From the NCBI GenBank assembly GCA_964564035.1, contig CAZLZN010000001.1, positions 14,845 to 78,844 on the forward strand: a stretch of DNA of 64,000 nt, in the 5' to 3' direction. This document shows, piece by piece, positions 27,143 through 36,753 of the stretch. The stretch comes from an uncultured Gammaproteobacteria bacterium. Its GTDB lineage: Bacteria; Patescibacteriota; Microgenomatia; Levybacterales; UBA12049. How positions within the stretch are numbered: the first letter of the stretch is position 1; each line of letters opens with the position of its first letter. The notes below the pieces were generated by a model that saw only the letters and a list, made by a program, of their open reading frames with translations, was not told where the DNA came from and did not search any database. The translations under genes were made by a program, and so were the position numbers.

Positions 27143-28636
27143 AACAAAATAAATTTAAAATCAATAAAAACCGAATTATTATTTTTGGCAGGCATTATAA
27201 TTGTTTTCATTTTATTACGCATCCCTTCCTTAATTGAGCCGCTCTGGTACGGCGATGAAGCAATCTACCAAGTCGTTGGCGATGCGCTCAATTCCGGCAG
27301 ATCAATCTACTCTGAAATCTGGGACAACAAGCCTCCGCTTCTCTATTATATATATGCCCTAGCAAATAGCGACATGTTTACTGTAAAATTCCTATCGCTG
27401 ATTTTCGGAACTTTGTCTATCATTCCTTTTTACTTTTTATCAAAAAAATTATTCGCAAACAAGCTGACATATTTAACTACCGGGATTTATTCATTATTTT
27501 TTGCCCTACCGCTTTTAGAAGGCAACATCGCTAATGCTGAAAACTTTATGCTCTTACCTGTCATAACTGCCGGATTCTTGATTTACACAACTGCTGTGAC
27601 AAAAAAAACAAAAATAATAAATCTAAAATATTTTACAGCCGGACTTTTACTTGGCATAAGCTTCTTATTCAAAATAGTTGCAGTGTTTGATTTGATCGCA
27701 TTTTTGTTTTTCCTGATATTTTTTATATATAAAAATCAAATCCTGAATAAAAATATATATCCAAAACTCAAAAAAATAATAAAATATACATTAATAATTA
27801 AATCCGGTTTTCTTTTACCTGTATTACTGGTGTCTGTTTTTTATATCATCAGCGGCAACTTTACAGCGTTTATCCAATCGGCATTTTTTGAAAATGTTGG
27901 TTACGTAGAGTACGCTAACGAATTGATAATCCCTCAAGGATTACTGATCTTGAAATTTTTAATCCTCATCATATCGCTGATTGTAATAATGCGCTTCAGT
28001 AAATCAATGTCTTCGCCCGTTTTATTTATATTCCTCTGGTTTATTTTTGCTCTCTGGAATTCTCTCTTCTCCGGACGAATATGGACTCATTATTTATTAA
28101 CAGTCTTGCCTGCTTTTGCGCTCATTAACGGACTGCTTTTCAACAAGTCCAAACCGATCAGATTAGTTTCCCTTCTCGCTATTGCTGTTCTGATTTACTT
28201 TTCAAATACTCATTTTAAACTATCAGATAAAAGCATCATTGGCACTGCACAATATTACACAAACTTTATAAACTATACAGCAGGAGCATCATCTCTTGAT
28301 GAATACAGAATGTCTTTCGACTCCGATGTGCCCCGGGATTACGCTGTTGCGAAATACCTGAAATCAAATACTGCCAAAACTGACAATATTTTTATCTGGG
28401 GCAACAACCCCCAAATATATCATCTCACAAACAAACTTCCGCCGGGCAGATATACTGTGGCATATCACATTATTCAAAATCCCGGTGCGATAAATGAAAC
28501 AAAAAAAGTCTTGCAAAAATCGCGCCCGAAATATATCGTCCTACTCGATTCCGATCCGGAATATCCTTTTTCTTTAAATAATTACAGATATGTATATAAT
28601 ATAAAGGGAGCGCGTATTTATGAAAAATCTGATTAA
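27143..28636 (+). CDS. GT-C fold glycosyltransferase of the ArnT/PMT (GT39/GT83) family.
   Basis: LWYGDEAIYQVVGDALNSGRSIYSEIWDNKPPLLYY, the DE...KPPL signature of ArnT/PMT-type enzymes; polytopic. Alternative upstream start at 27065. Confidence 0.7.
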   Translation, partial: NKINLKSIKTELLFLAGIIIVFILLRIPSLIEPLWYGDEAIYQVVGDALNSGRSIYSEIWDNKPPLLYYIYALANSDMFTVKFLSLIFGTLSIIPFYFLSKKLFANKLTYLTTGIYSLFFALPLLEGNIANAENFMLLPVITAGFLIYTTAVTKKTKIINLKYFTAGLLLGISFLFKIVAVFDLIAFLFFLIFFIYKNQILNKNIYPKLKKIIKYTLIIKSGFLLPVLLVSVFYIISGNFTAFIQSAFFENVGYVEYANELIIPQGLLILKFLILIISLIVIMRFSKSMSSPVLFIFLWFIFALWNSLFSGRIWTHYLLTVLPAFALINGLLFNKSKPIRLVSLLAIAVLIYFSNTHFKLSDKSIIGTAQYYTNFINYTAGASSLDEYRMSFDSDVPRDYAVAKYLKSNTAKTDNIFIWGNNPQIYHLTNKLPPGRYTVAYHIIQNPGAINETKKVLQKSRPKYIVLLDSDPEYPFSLNNYRYVYNIKGARIYEKSD

Positions 28637-28973
28637 CAAAATAAAATTAGACAAAATTATCAAACTGGGAACATATCTTTCACTGAGTTTAATTTTTTTG
28701 CACTTGATAATAATTGCGGGTTTTTACGTGATCCTCCCGCCATATATACCCTTATACAACCAGATGTCCTGGGGCAATGATCAGATTGCGTCCAAAATGG
28801 AGATCTTTATACCTATTTTTATTACATCTGTTTTTTTTATAATGAATTTATTTATCGGATTAAAAATTTATGAAAAAATGCCGCTCCTTTCAAGAATACT
28901 TAGCATAACAGCATTGCTTCTGTGCATACTTTCAATTATATTTATAATACGGATAATTAGTCTCGCGCTATAA
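28620..28973 (+). CDS. Small integral membrane protein (hypothetical).
   Basis: 117 aa, 3-4 TM. Confidence 0.5.
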   Translation: MKNLINKIKLDKIIKLGTYLSLSLIFLHLIIIAGFYVILPPYIPLYNQMSWGNDQIASKMEIFIPIFITSVFFIMNLFIGLKIYEKMPLLSRILSITALLLCILSIIFIIRIISLAL

Positions 28974-28974
28974 T

Positions 28975-30069
28975 ATGTCATTCTTACCCTCTTTAGTTTA
29001 TATCCCGTTTATTGCGGCTTTTTTAGCAACAGTTATACTCACGCCTCTGTGTATCCGTCTTATTAAAAAAGCAGGACTTATTGACCACCCGAAGCTTCAC
29101 ATTCATCCGGCAATAATCCACAAAAAACCAACGCCGCGGGGAGGCAGTATTTCGATATTTCTTGGTGCCGCGATTGCCGGACTCCTTGTTCTCCCTATTA
29201 ACAATATCACACTAAGTATTTATTTAGCGGCATTTATAGCGTTGGTAGTCGGCATTGTCGATGACTGGTTAAATGCCAAATCCAAAGACGTCCCCCCGTC
29301 GCTTAGATTTTTAGCCAACATTCTCACCGCTGTAATAGTTGTCGCGAGCGGTGTCAGTATAAAATTTATTACAAACCCCTTCGGTGGAATTTTGTATCTC
29401 GATATTATCAAAATACCGTTATTCATCCTCCCGTATAGTATTTTATTATCAGATCTTGTTTCGATCTTATGGCTTGTTTGGGTAATGAATATGCTTAACT
29501 GGAGCAAAGGGATCGATGGTCAAATGCCGGGCATCGTTGCAATCTCCGCGATCATAATCGGAATTTTAAGTCTTAGGTTTATTCCGTCCGGAGATTTAGC
29601 ATATATCGATGTCAAGCTTTCATTCATAATCGCGGGGGCATCATTAGCATTTTTAATATATAATTTTTATCCCGCAAAAATATTTCCGGGTTATGGCGCT
29701 ACTTCTCTTTATCTTCTGCTGGGTGTTGTTTCAATTTTATCGGGCGCTAAACTGGCAACTGCAATTTTAGTAATGGGCATCCCGACTGTTGATGCATTAT
29801 TTACAATCGGCAGAAGAATTTATCAAAGACACCACCCCTTCAAAGGCGACAAAAAACATCTTCACCATATTCTTTTACAATTCGGTTTTTCTCAAAGACA
29901 AATTGCATTGTTTTATTGGATAATCTCTGTTATATTAGGTATAGTTTCTTTGACATTACAAAGCGCAAATAAACTATTTGCAATTATAATGTTAATAGTC
30001 ATTACAATAGGTGCGTTATTTTATTTGCATCTCATTGCAAAAAATGAAACAGAGAAAACTCATTCGTGA
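28975..30069 (+). CDS. Polyprenyl-phosphate N-acetylhexosamine-1-phosphate transferase (WecA/TagO/MraY family).
   Basis: VGIVDDWL (DD motif) and an MraY/WecA-like TM topology. Confidence 0.8.
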   Translation: MSFLPSLVYIPFIAAFLATVILTPLCIRLIKKAGLIDHPKLHIHPAIIHKKPTPRGGSISIFLGAAIAGLLVLPINNITLSIYLAAFIALVVGIVDDWLNAKSKDVPPSLRFLANILTAVIVVASGVSIKFITNPFGGILYLDIIKIPLFILPYSILLSDLVSILWLVWVMNMLNWSKGIDGQMPGIVAISAIIIGILSLRFIPSGDLAYIDVKLSFIIAGASLAFLIYNFYPAKIFPGYGATSLYLLLGVVSILSGAKLATAILVMGIPTVDALFTIGRRIYQRHHPFKGDKKHLHHILLQFGFSQRQIALFYWIISVILGIVSLTLQSANKLFAIIMLIVITIGALFYLHLIAKNETEKTHS

Positions 30070-30982
30070 TTATCTAAGACTTCTTCGTCCGCGGCAGTGG
30101 ACAAAAAACCTGGCTGTTTATGCGGCTATCCTTTTCACCGGTCAACTTTTCTATTATCCTCTTTTCGAAAAAGTTTCCTACGGCTTTCTGATTTTTTGCG
30201 CGATTTCTTCGGCAATCTATATAATTAACGATATTTTTGACATCCAAAAAGATAAACTTCATCCGTTTAAAAAATACCGCCCCCTGGCACATGGGGATAT
30301 CTCCAAAAAATCCGCGATTATATTAGCAGTTACCCTCGCATCAATTTCGCTTATAGGCAGCTACCTTATCGCTCCGCCTTTTTTCCTGATTACCCTGAGT
30401 TATTTAATTCTGCAATTATCATATACAACTGTATTCAAGCATCTCATGATCCTGGACATTTTGGCACTCGCCGGAGGATACATACTCAGAGTATATGCCG
30501 GTGAAGTAGTAAGCGGCGCTCATATTTCTGCCTGGCTACTATTAACAACAATTTCACTCTCGCTATTCTTGGTTATAGGAAAAAGAAAATCCGAACTAAC
30601 CCTTCTGCGATCTCATGTTGGCGCTCAAGTAGCCGCGACCCGAAAAACACTCTCTCATTATTCCGAAGACCTGCTAAGCGTATACGCGTCAATATTTGCT
30701 ACATCAACGTTCATATCGTATGCGCTTTTTACATTTCTGGAAACCCCTCAGGGACCCCCGCTCGCGGGATTCCTGTTCCCGCACGCTTTCAGTATATTCA
30801 TCCAAAAAAAATGGCTAATGCTGACAATCATTCCGGTCGTATATGGCCTAATGCGGTATTTACAAGATATTTACGAAAAACATGAAGGAGAAAGTCCTGA
30901 AAGAGTAATCTTCTCTGATAAACAGCTTTTATCAGCGCTTATAATCTGGGCAGTATTAGTGATAGTTATAATCTACTCCTGA
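30044..30982 (+). CDS. UbiA-family prenyl-phosphate phosphoribosyltransferase (decaprenyl-phosphate 5-phosphoribosyltransferase-like).
   Basis: LRPRQWTKNL motif and Asp-rich NDIFDIQKD (NDxxDxxxD); polytopic. Alternative GTG start at 30011. Confidence 0.65.
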   Translation: MKQRKLIRDYLRLLRPRQWTKNLAVYAAILFTGQLFYYPLFEKVSYGFLIFCAISSAIYIINDIFDIQKDKLHPFKKYRPLAHGDISKKSAIILAVTLASISLIGSYLIAPPFFLITLSYLILQLSYTTVFKHLMILDILALAGGYILRVYAGEVVSGAHISAWLLLTTISLSLFLVIGKRKSELTLLRSHVGAQVAATRKTLSHYSEDLLSVYASIFATSTFISYALFTFLETPQGPPLAGFLFPHAFSIFIQKKWLMLTIIPVVYGLMRYLQDIYEKHEGESPERVIFSDKQLLSALIIWAVLVIVIIYS

Positions 30983-31029
30983 TTCCTATTGCCTTTAGAT
31001 ATATATTAATAGTACAATATCTTTAGTGT

Positions 31030-32067
31030 ATGAAAAAGATCCTTATAACAGGCGGAACAGGTTTTCTAGGCGTACATCTTGCAAGAAAATTTTTAAAAGA
31101 CAAGCACAAAGTCACCCTTTTTGATATGGCTGATCTGGACGCGCGTGATCTTTTTGGCAAAGTAACAGTCATAAAAGGAGATATTCGAAATAAATCAGCA
31201 GTCGACAAAGCCCTGAAGGGACAGGAGTATGTCGTGCACGCCGCCGCCGCTCTCCCTATCCAATTGACCCAAAAAAGTATCTACAGCGTAAATATTGACG
31301 GCACGCGCAATGTACTACAATCATGTCTGAAACACAAAATTAAAAAAGTAGTATTTATATCATCAACCGCCGTTTACGGTATTCCCAGAGACTTACCCGA
31401 AAAAGAAACCAGCCCGATTGACCCGATCGGTTATTACGGGGAATCAAAAATAGCCGGTGAAAATCTATGCAGAGAATTCGGTAAAAAAGGACTCAAAATA
31501 AATATAATTCGTCCGAAAACTTTCTTGGGAATTGAAAGACTGGGCGTATTTGAATTATGGTTTGAGGCAATTTATTCGGGCAAAAGAGTATATGTCTTGG
31601 GCAATGGCAATAACTTATATCAGCTCCTTGCAGTCACCGATGTCGTGAGCGCGATAGAAAAAGCACTATTCAGCAGGATTAGCGGCGAAACCTTCAATAT
31701 AGGAGCAAAAGAATTCGGTTCATGGCGGGAAGACTTGGGCTATGTCATTTCTAAAACAGGTTCAAAATCACGTATCACCGGCTTGCCTACAATTCCTTCC
31801 CAACTAGCTTTGTCTGTACTTGAAAAACTAAATCTGTCCCCGATAGCCGCGTGGCATTACAAAACAATGCCCGTTGATTCTTATGTTTCTATCGAAAAAG
31901 CCGAAAAACTCCTCGATTGGCATCCCAAAAAATCAAACAAAGAGCTTTTCCTGGAAAGTTATTTATGGTATAAAAAAAACAGGGACAAAGTTATAAACCG
32001 CGTCGGCAACACACACCGGGTCGGTTGGAACTTCAAAATACTTAACCTGATTTCAAAATTAGGTTAA
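31030..32067 (+). CDS. NAD-dependent epimerase/dehydratase (extended SDR).
   Basis: MKKILITGGTGFLGVHL... Rossmann motif, and catalytic Y in the context AVYGI...YGESK. Confidence 0.85.
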   Translation: MKKILITGGTGFLGVHLARKFLKDKHKVTLFDMADLDARDLFGKVTVIKGDIRNKSAVDKALKGQEYVVHAAAALPIQLTQKSIYSVNIDGTRNVLQSCLKHKIKKVVFISSTAVYGIPRDLPEKETSPIDPIGYYGESKIAGENLCREFGKKGLKINIIRPKTFLGIERLGVFELWFEAIYSGKRVYVLGNGNNLYQLLAVTDVVSAIEKALFSRISGETFNIGAKEFGSWREDLGYVISKTGSKSRITGLPTIPSQLALSVLEKLNLSPIAAWHYKTMPVDSYVSIEKAEKLLDWHPKKSNKELFLESYLWYKKNRDKVINRVGNTHRVGWNFKILNLISKLG

Positions 32068-32095
32068 TTTGGACCATTAATTTTTTTATTTACCT

Positions 32096-32644
32096 ATGAA
32101 CATCGGCTTCGATTTGGATAAAATATTTATTGATACACCTCCGCTTATACCCAAAAAAATAATTGAAAAACTATACAAAAAAAAAGATAATGGAATACTC
32201 TTATACAGAATACCAAGCAAAACAGAACAACTTTTTAGAATGCTGACTCACTGGGATATACTTCGCCAACCCTTGAAAGAAAACTTGGAATTTCTTCACA
32301 GTCTCCCAAAAGACAACAACAGATTTTACCTCATATCAAGCCGCTTCAAATTTCTCGAAAAAAAAACGCAAAACTTAATTAAAAAATACCGTTTCGAAAA
32401 AATATTCAGCGGTATGTATTTTAATTTCAAAAACGATCAGCCGCATCTTTTTAAAAACAAAATAATATCCGATCTCAAACTTGACCTGTACATTGACGAC
32501 GACTTGTCTCTACTCGAATTTGTAGCAAAACACAATCCCAAAACCAAATTTTTCTGGCTCGACACAAATAAAGATAGAACAATTAAGGCGCAGAACATTA
32601 AAAACATCAAAAACTTAACCGAAATTATTCATTTAATCAAATAA
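32096..32644 (+). CDS. HAD-superfamily phosphatase-like protein.
   Basis: N-terminal FDLDK (DxD) and C-terminal YIDDD motifs. Confidence 0.5.
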   Translation: MNIGFDLDKIFIDTPPLIPKKIIEKLYKKKDNGILLYRIPSKTEQLFRMLTHWDILRQPLKENLEFLHSLPKDNNRFYLISSRFKFLEKKTQNLIKKYRFEKIFSGMYFNFKNDQPHLFKNKIISDLKLDLYIDDDLSLLEFVAKHNPKTKFFWLDTNKDRTIKAQNIKNIKNLTEIIHLIK

Positions 32645-32648
32645 TATT

Positions 32649-34850
32649 ATGACGACATATGATATTATCTCAGTATTTCAGTGGTGGCTCGTGATCCTTT
32701 TTATCGGTATAATTTATCTCCCTCTTGCCTCAGTGATATTTTCCCGCTTTTTTGATAAGGGCTATATATTCTCCAAGCTAATAGGAATAGCACTTGCTAC
32801 ATATACGGTATTTCTGTTCGGTATTCTCAAAATAATACCGTTCGGTCAAAATTCTTCAATCTTTATAACTCTACTGCTCGCCATAACTATATTCTTTTTA
32901 TTACCCGCGAAATTCAATATTATTTCTTTCTTCAAAGAAAATTGGAAAATATTCCTGCTGGAAGAAATTATCTTTTTATCGGCTCTTTTCTTCTGGAGTT
33001 ATATCCACGGCTTCAATCCCGACATTCATGGACTTGAAAAATACATGGACTACGGCTTTATAAATTCTATCCTGCGCTCGGATTATTTCCCGCCTCTGGA
33101 CATGTGGTTTCCCCCTGAGCCTATTAATTATTATTATTTTGGCCACTTGATCACAGCATTTTTAACCAAAATATCATCCGTCCCGCCGGCTCTGACTTTC
33201 AACATCATGCTTTCAACCCTGTTTGCTTTTTGCTTAGCTCAAACTTTTTCAATCGGAGCAAACCTGTTTTATTTCTCACGCGAAAAAATCGACAGCAAAA
33301 AATTAAAAATTAAACTTTTTATCGCGGGTATGCTGACCGCTATGTTGACAACACTGGGAGGAAATCTGCACATTATTTATGCTTTTTTTGAGCCTTACAA
33401 AGTAGATGACCCGAAACCGGTCTGGGAGCTTGCTTTTAATCCTTTAAATTTTCCCAACTCCTATTGGTATCCAAACGCCACGCGCTATATCTACAATACT
33501 ATTCATGAATTCCCCGCGTACTCCTGGGTCGTTGCCGACGTTCACGGCCATGTTTTGGATATTCCGTTTGTCCTGCTGCTCATTGCGCTGCTGCTGAGTA
33601 TTTTCATAAAATCCGATCAAACAGACAACAAAAATAATACTACTACAAAATTCGGACTTTTATTACAAAACGCCAGAATAAAACAATTCACGAAGCTCTT
33701 TCTCCTTCATCCATTTTGGATTGTACTCTTAGGATTTATATTGGCTATCATGTATATGACTAATGCCTGGGATGGAGCGATATATCTGCTTTTAACGGCG
33801 CTGGTTATTTTGTATCTAATTTATGAGAAACAGAAAAAATTATCCATACCGGTTTTCCTGATACGCGCGGTTGTACCGGTCATACTTATCGCGTCATCTT
33901 TCCTGCTTTTTACACTTCCTTATAATTTATTTTTCAAACCCTTTGCGTCCGGTATTGGGATTTTATGCAGTCCTGAATTCCTGACGAAAATCGGTAAATT
34001 TGGTCCATTTTTATTCGAAAAAGATCATTGTCAGCATTCTTATCTCTGGGAGCTGTTGATGCTTTATGGATTCTTTTATTTTTTTGTAATACTATTTATA
34101 ATCTACCTGAATTTTACCAAAAAAATCCGCCGGATAGATTCTTTCGTACTAATACTCATTGCGCTTTCGACCCTGCTCATTATTTTACCCGAATTTATTT
34201 ATGTCAAAGATATATATCCGGGGCACTACCGCGCGAATACCATGTTCAAACTCGTCTTCCAAGCCTTCATCATGCTCTCAATATCAAGCGTTTATATTAT
34301 TTCGGTACTTTCTCAAACGAAATATAAAATTCCTTTCTTATTCTCCTCGATCATTCTGATCGCGCTTGTTATGACTTATCCGTATCTCGCTATTCCTTCA
34401 TATTACGGAGATTTCAAAAATTATAAAGGTCTAAATGGCACTACCTATCTGAATAATTTGTATCCGGACGACTACGCCGCGATACTATGGCTCAACGCGT
34501 ACATTGATGGCCAGCCTGTTATTCTGGAAGCGCAAGGCGATTCATATACCGACTATGCCAGAGTTTCCGCGAACACCGGACTGCCGACAGTACTCGGATG
34601 GACCGTTCACGAATGGCTATGGCGCGGAGATTATAGCGTGCCTGCTCCGAGAATTACCGACGTAGCAACGCTTTATGAAACACAAGATCTCAAAAAAACA
34701 CAAGAGCTTCTCGAAAAATATAAGGTCGAATATGTTTTTATCGGTAATTTGGAAAAAGAAAAATATCCGAATCTTTTTGAAGACAAATTCAGCTCGCTTG
34801 GCAAAATAGTATATCAGCGAAATAATACCAAGATCTACAAAGTTTTATAA
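32649..34850 (+). CDS. Large polytopic membrane protein with a YYYFGH motif; probable GT-C glycosyltransferase (Chlor_Arch_YYY-like).
   Basis: 733 aa, many TM helices; PPEPINYYYFGHLITAF. Confidence 0.5.
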   Translation: MTTYDIISVFQWWLVILFIGIIYLPLASVIFSRFFDKGYIFSKLIGIALATYTVFLFGILKIIPFGQNSSIFITLLLAITIFFLLPAKFNIISFFKENWKIFLLEEIIFLSALFFWSYIHGFNPDIHGLEKYMDYGFINSILRSDYFPPLDMWFPPEPINYYYFGHLITAFLTKISSVPPALTFNIMLSTLFAFCLAQTFSIGANLFYFSREKIDSKKLKIKLFIAGMLTAMLTTLGGNLHIIYAFFEPYKVDDPKPVWELAFNPLNFPNSYWYPNATRYIYNTIHEFPAYSWVVADVHGHVLDIPFVLLLIALLLSIFIKSDQTDNKNNTTTKFGLLLQNARIKQFTKLFLLHPFWIVLLGFILAIMYMTNAWDGAIYLLLTALVILYLIYEKQKKLSIPVFLIRAVVPVILIASSFLLFTLPYNLFFKPFASGIGILCSPEFLTKIGKFGPFLFEKDHCQHSYLWELLMLYGFFYFFVILFIIYLNFTKKIRRIDSFVLILIALSTLLIILPEFIYVKDIYPGHYRANTMFKLVFQAFIMLSISSVYIISVLSQTKYKIPFLFSSIILIALVMTYPYLAIPSYYGDFKNYKGLNGTTYLNNLYPDDYAAILWLNAYIDGQPVILEAQGDSYTDYARVSANTGLPTVLGWTVHEWLWRGDYSVPAPRITDVATLYETQDLKKTQELLEKYKVEYVFIGNLEKEKYPNLFEDKFSSLGKIVYQRNNTKIYKVL

Positions 34851-35990
34851 ACTGGGCTTTGGGGTTACAGTCGGAGCTGTTGAACAATTTCCCCGCTCTA
34901 TCTCACACTTCACATACTCCCGAATATCCGAATAATCTCCGTTTCCCGCTTTCGGGATAAGTATCCACTGATTTCTGTACTCGGCGCCGGTCGGAGGATT
35001 GATGAGTAACCCTTCACGTTCGGAAGCATAGTCGCCTGTATCTATAATGGCACTGCGTATTTCCGACTTCTGGAATTTCTGAGCAAGTCTGACAAAATCA
35101 TCATATTCTTCCTCCTTGATATCGGTAGCGATACTGTCCTTGATTACGTCAATTATATCCATGACATTAACCGGATTAAGCAGTAGATTTAATGAAAAAA
35201 CCTTATCTTTTATAGCCGAAATTACCCGCTCTTGCCTTTTTGACCTCGCGAAATCCGACCCCTCGGGTCCGAGCGCATGCCTTGACCTCACATACTTCAG
35301 CGCTGTTTCCCCATCCATTTGCACAATGCCCTGATCAAAATGCAGATGCTCATACCGGCACGGAAATGATTCCGATTCTGTAGCGCTCCCGGTCGCGATC
35401 TGCGCGGAAAGAGACGCGATTATCGTCTCGTCAAAACCGCAGGATTCATCTTCTTTTCCGGTAATAGGATATGCATAATCATCAAAAGATCTTTCAACAT
35501 TTACATCCAGACCCCCCATTTTATCAATTGCCTTAACAAACCCATCAAAATCAATTTTAACCGCGTAATCAATATCTTGTCCCAAAATTCTGGAAACCAT
35601 TGCCTTGGCAAGCACTAACCCGCCGCCCTTATCTTTCTCTTCGCCATAAACATATGCTGTATTAATTTTCGCGGAAATCTCAGGCACCCACATATCACGC
35701 GGCAGAGAAACAAGAACAGCCTCCTGTTTTTTGGGGTCAATTGTCGCAAATATTATTGTATCTGTCAGATCAGGCCCTTCATGTACGCCTCCCCCCACAC
35801 CCAAGAGCAATACATTGATTCTCTTTTCCTCAGCCTGCTTCAGTTCGATCTTATCATTTGTAACCACTTGGACACCGATAGTCAGATATTTCCACAACCT
35901 GACTCCCGCAACGGCTCCGATTATAATTATAAATATTACGAGTACCAGTAGTACTTTTTTCAAACTCTTGCTCTCTTTTTGGGTAGGCAT
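34845..35990 (-). CDS. LytR-CpsA-Psr (LCP) family glycopolymer-peptidoglycan ligase.
   Basis: N-terminal TM anchor; NVLLLGVGGG...DTIIFATIDPKKQEAVLVSLPRDMWVP LCP core. Confidence 0.85.
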   Translation of the reverse strand: MPTQKESKSLKKVLLVLVIFIIIIGAVAGVRLWKYLTIGVQVVTNDKIELKQAEEKRINVLLLGVGGGVHEGPDLTDTIIFATIDPKKQEAVLVSLPRDMWVPEISAKINTAYVYGEEKDKGGGLVLAKAMVSRILGQDIDYAVKIDFDGFVKAIDKMGGLDVNVERSFDDYAYPITGKEDESCGFDETIIASLSAQIATGSATESESFPCRYEHLHFDQGIVQMDGETALKYVRSRHALGPEGSDFARSKRQERVISAIKDKVFSLNLLLNPVNVMDIIDVIKDSIATDIKEEEYDDFVRLAQKFQKSEIRSAIIDTGDYASEREGLLINPPTGAEYRNQWILIPKAGNGDYSDIREYVKCEIERGNCSTAPTVTPKPSL

Positions 35991-35994
35991 AAAA

Positions 35995-36711
35995 TTAAAA
36001 TGAAGCTTCTTTTACTAGTGCTGCAAACTTGACCGGATCCAAACTGGCACCTCCGACCAAAACGCCGCTGATCGTATCTTTTTGAATATAACTCTGAATT
36101 ATCTCCGAATTAACACTGCCGCCATAAACTACATCTTCAATAGCTGCATGTTTACTCTTTACTAATCCGGCTACTCTATGCGCGTTATCCGGCGTATCCG
36201 GATTACCTGTTCCGATAGCGCTCGGCGGCTCATATGCAACCAGTTTTACGCCATTTGGTATTTGCGTATTTTCGTCCTGAATACAGTATATCGGAGTCAG
36301 ACCGTTCTTAAGTGCTTGCTCTGTTTTCTTGAAAATCAGATCATCACTTTCCCCCAAATTCCGCCGCCTTTCAGAATGTCCGATTATTACATAATCTCCG
36401 AACTCTTTAATTTGTCGGGCATTTATCTCGCCGGTATAAGCACCCGCTTCAAATGGAGAAATATCCTGCGCGCCAATCTTAAACGGAAGCTTTTTATCTT
36501 CGATCAATTTTTTAAGCGTGGAAAAGAGAGTAAACGGCGGACAAATTATAACTTCTTTTTCACTAACCTCGTCCGATTGCCCGATCTTATCTTTTAGGAG
36601 AAGCGCGTTGTTGATAAAGACCTCAATATTTGATTCCTCATCAAACCATCTGTTGGTTTCCTCAACTGTCATGTTTGATTTCCAGTTTGCGATGATAAAC
36701 ACCTTCTTCAT
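35995..36711 (-). CDS. tpiA: Triosephosphate isomerase.
   Basis: IGHSERR and VYGGSV motifs. Confidence 0.9.
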   Translation of the reverse strand: MKKVFIIANWKSNMTVEETNRWFDEESNIEVFINNALLLKDKIGQSDEVSEKEVIICPPFTLFSTLKKLIEDKKLPFKIGAQDISPFEAGAYTGEINARQIKEFGDYVIIGHSERRRNLGESDDLIFKKTEQALKNGLTPIYCIQDENTQIPNGVKLVAYEPPSAIGTGNPDTPDNAHRVAGLVKSKHAAIEDVVYGGSVNSEIIQSYIQKDTISGVLVGGASLDPVKFAALVKEASF

Positions 36712-36753
36712 GTGGTAAAATTTTATGTACTCTCTGTTCCATTATTATACTCT

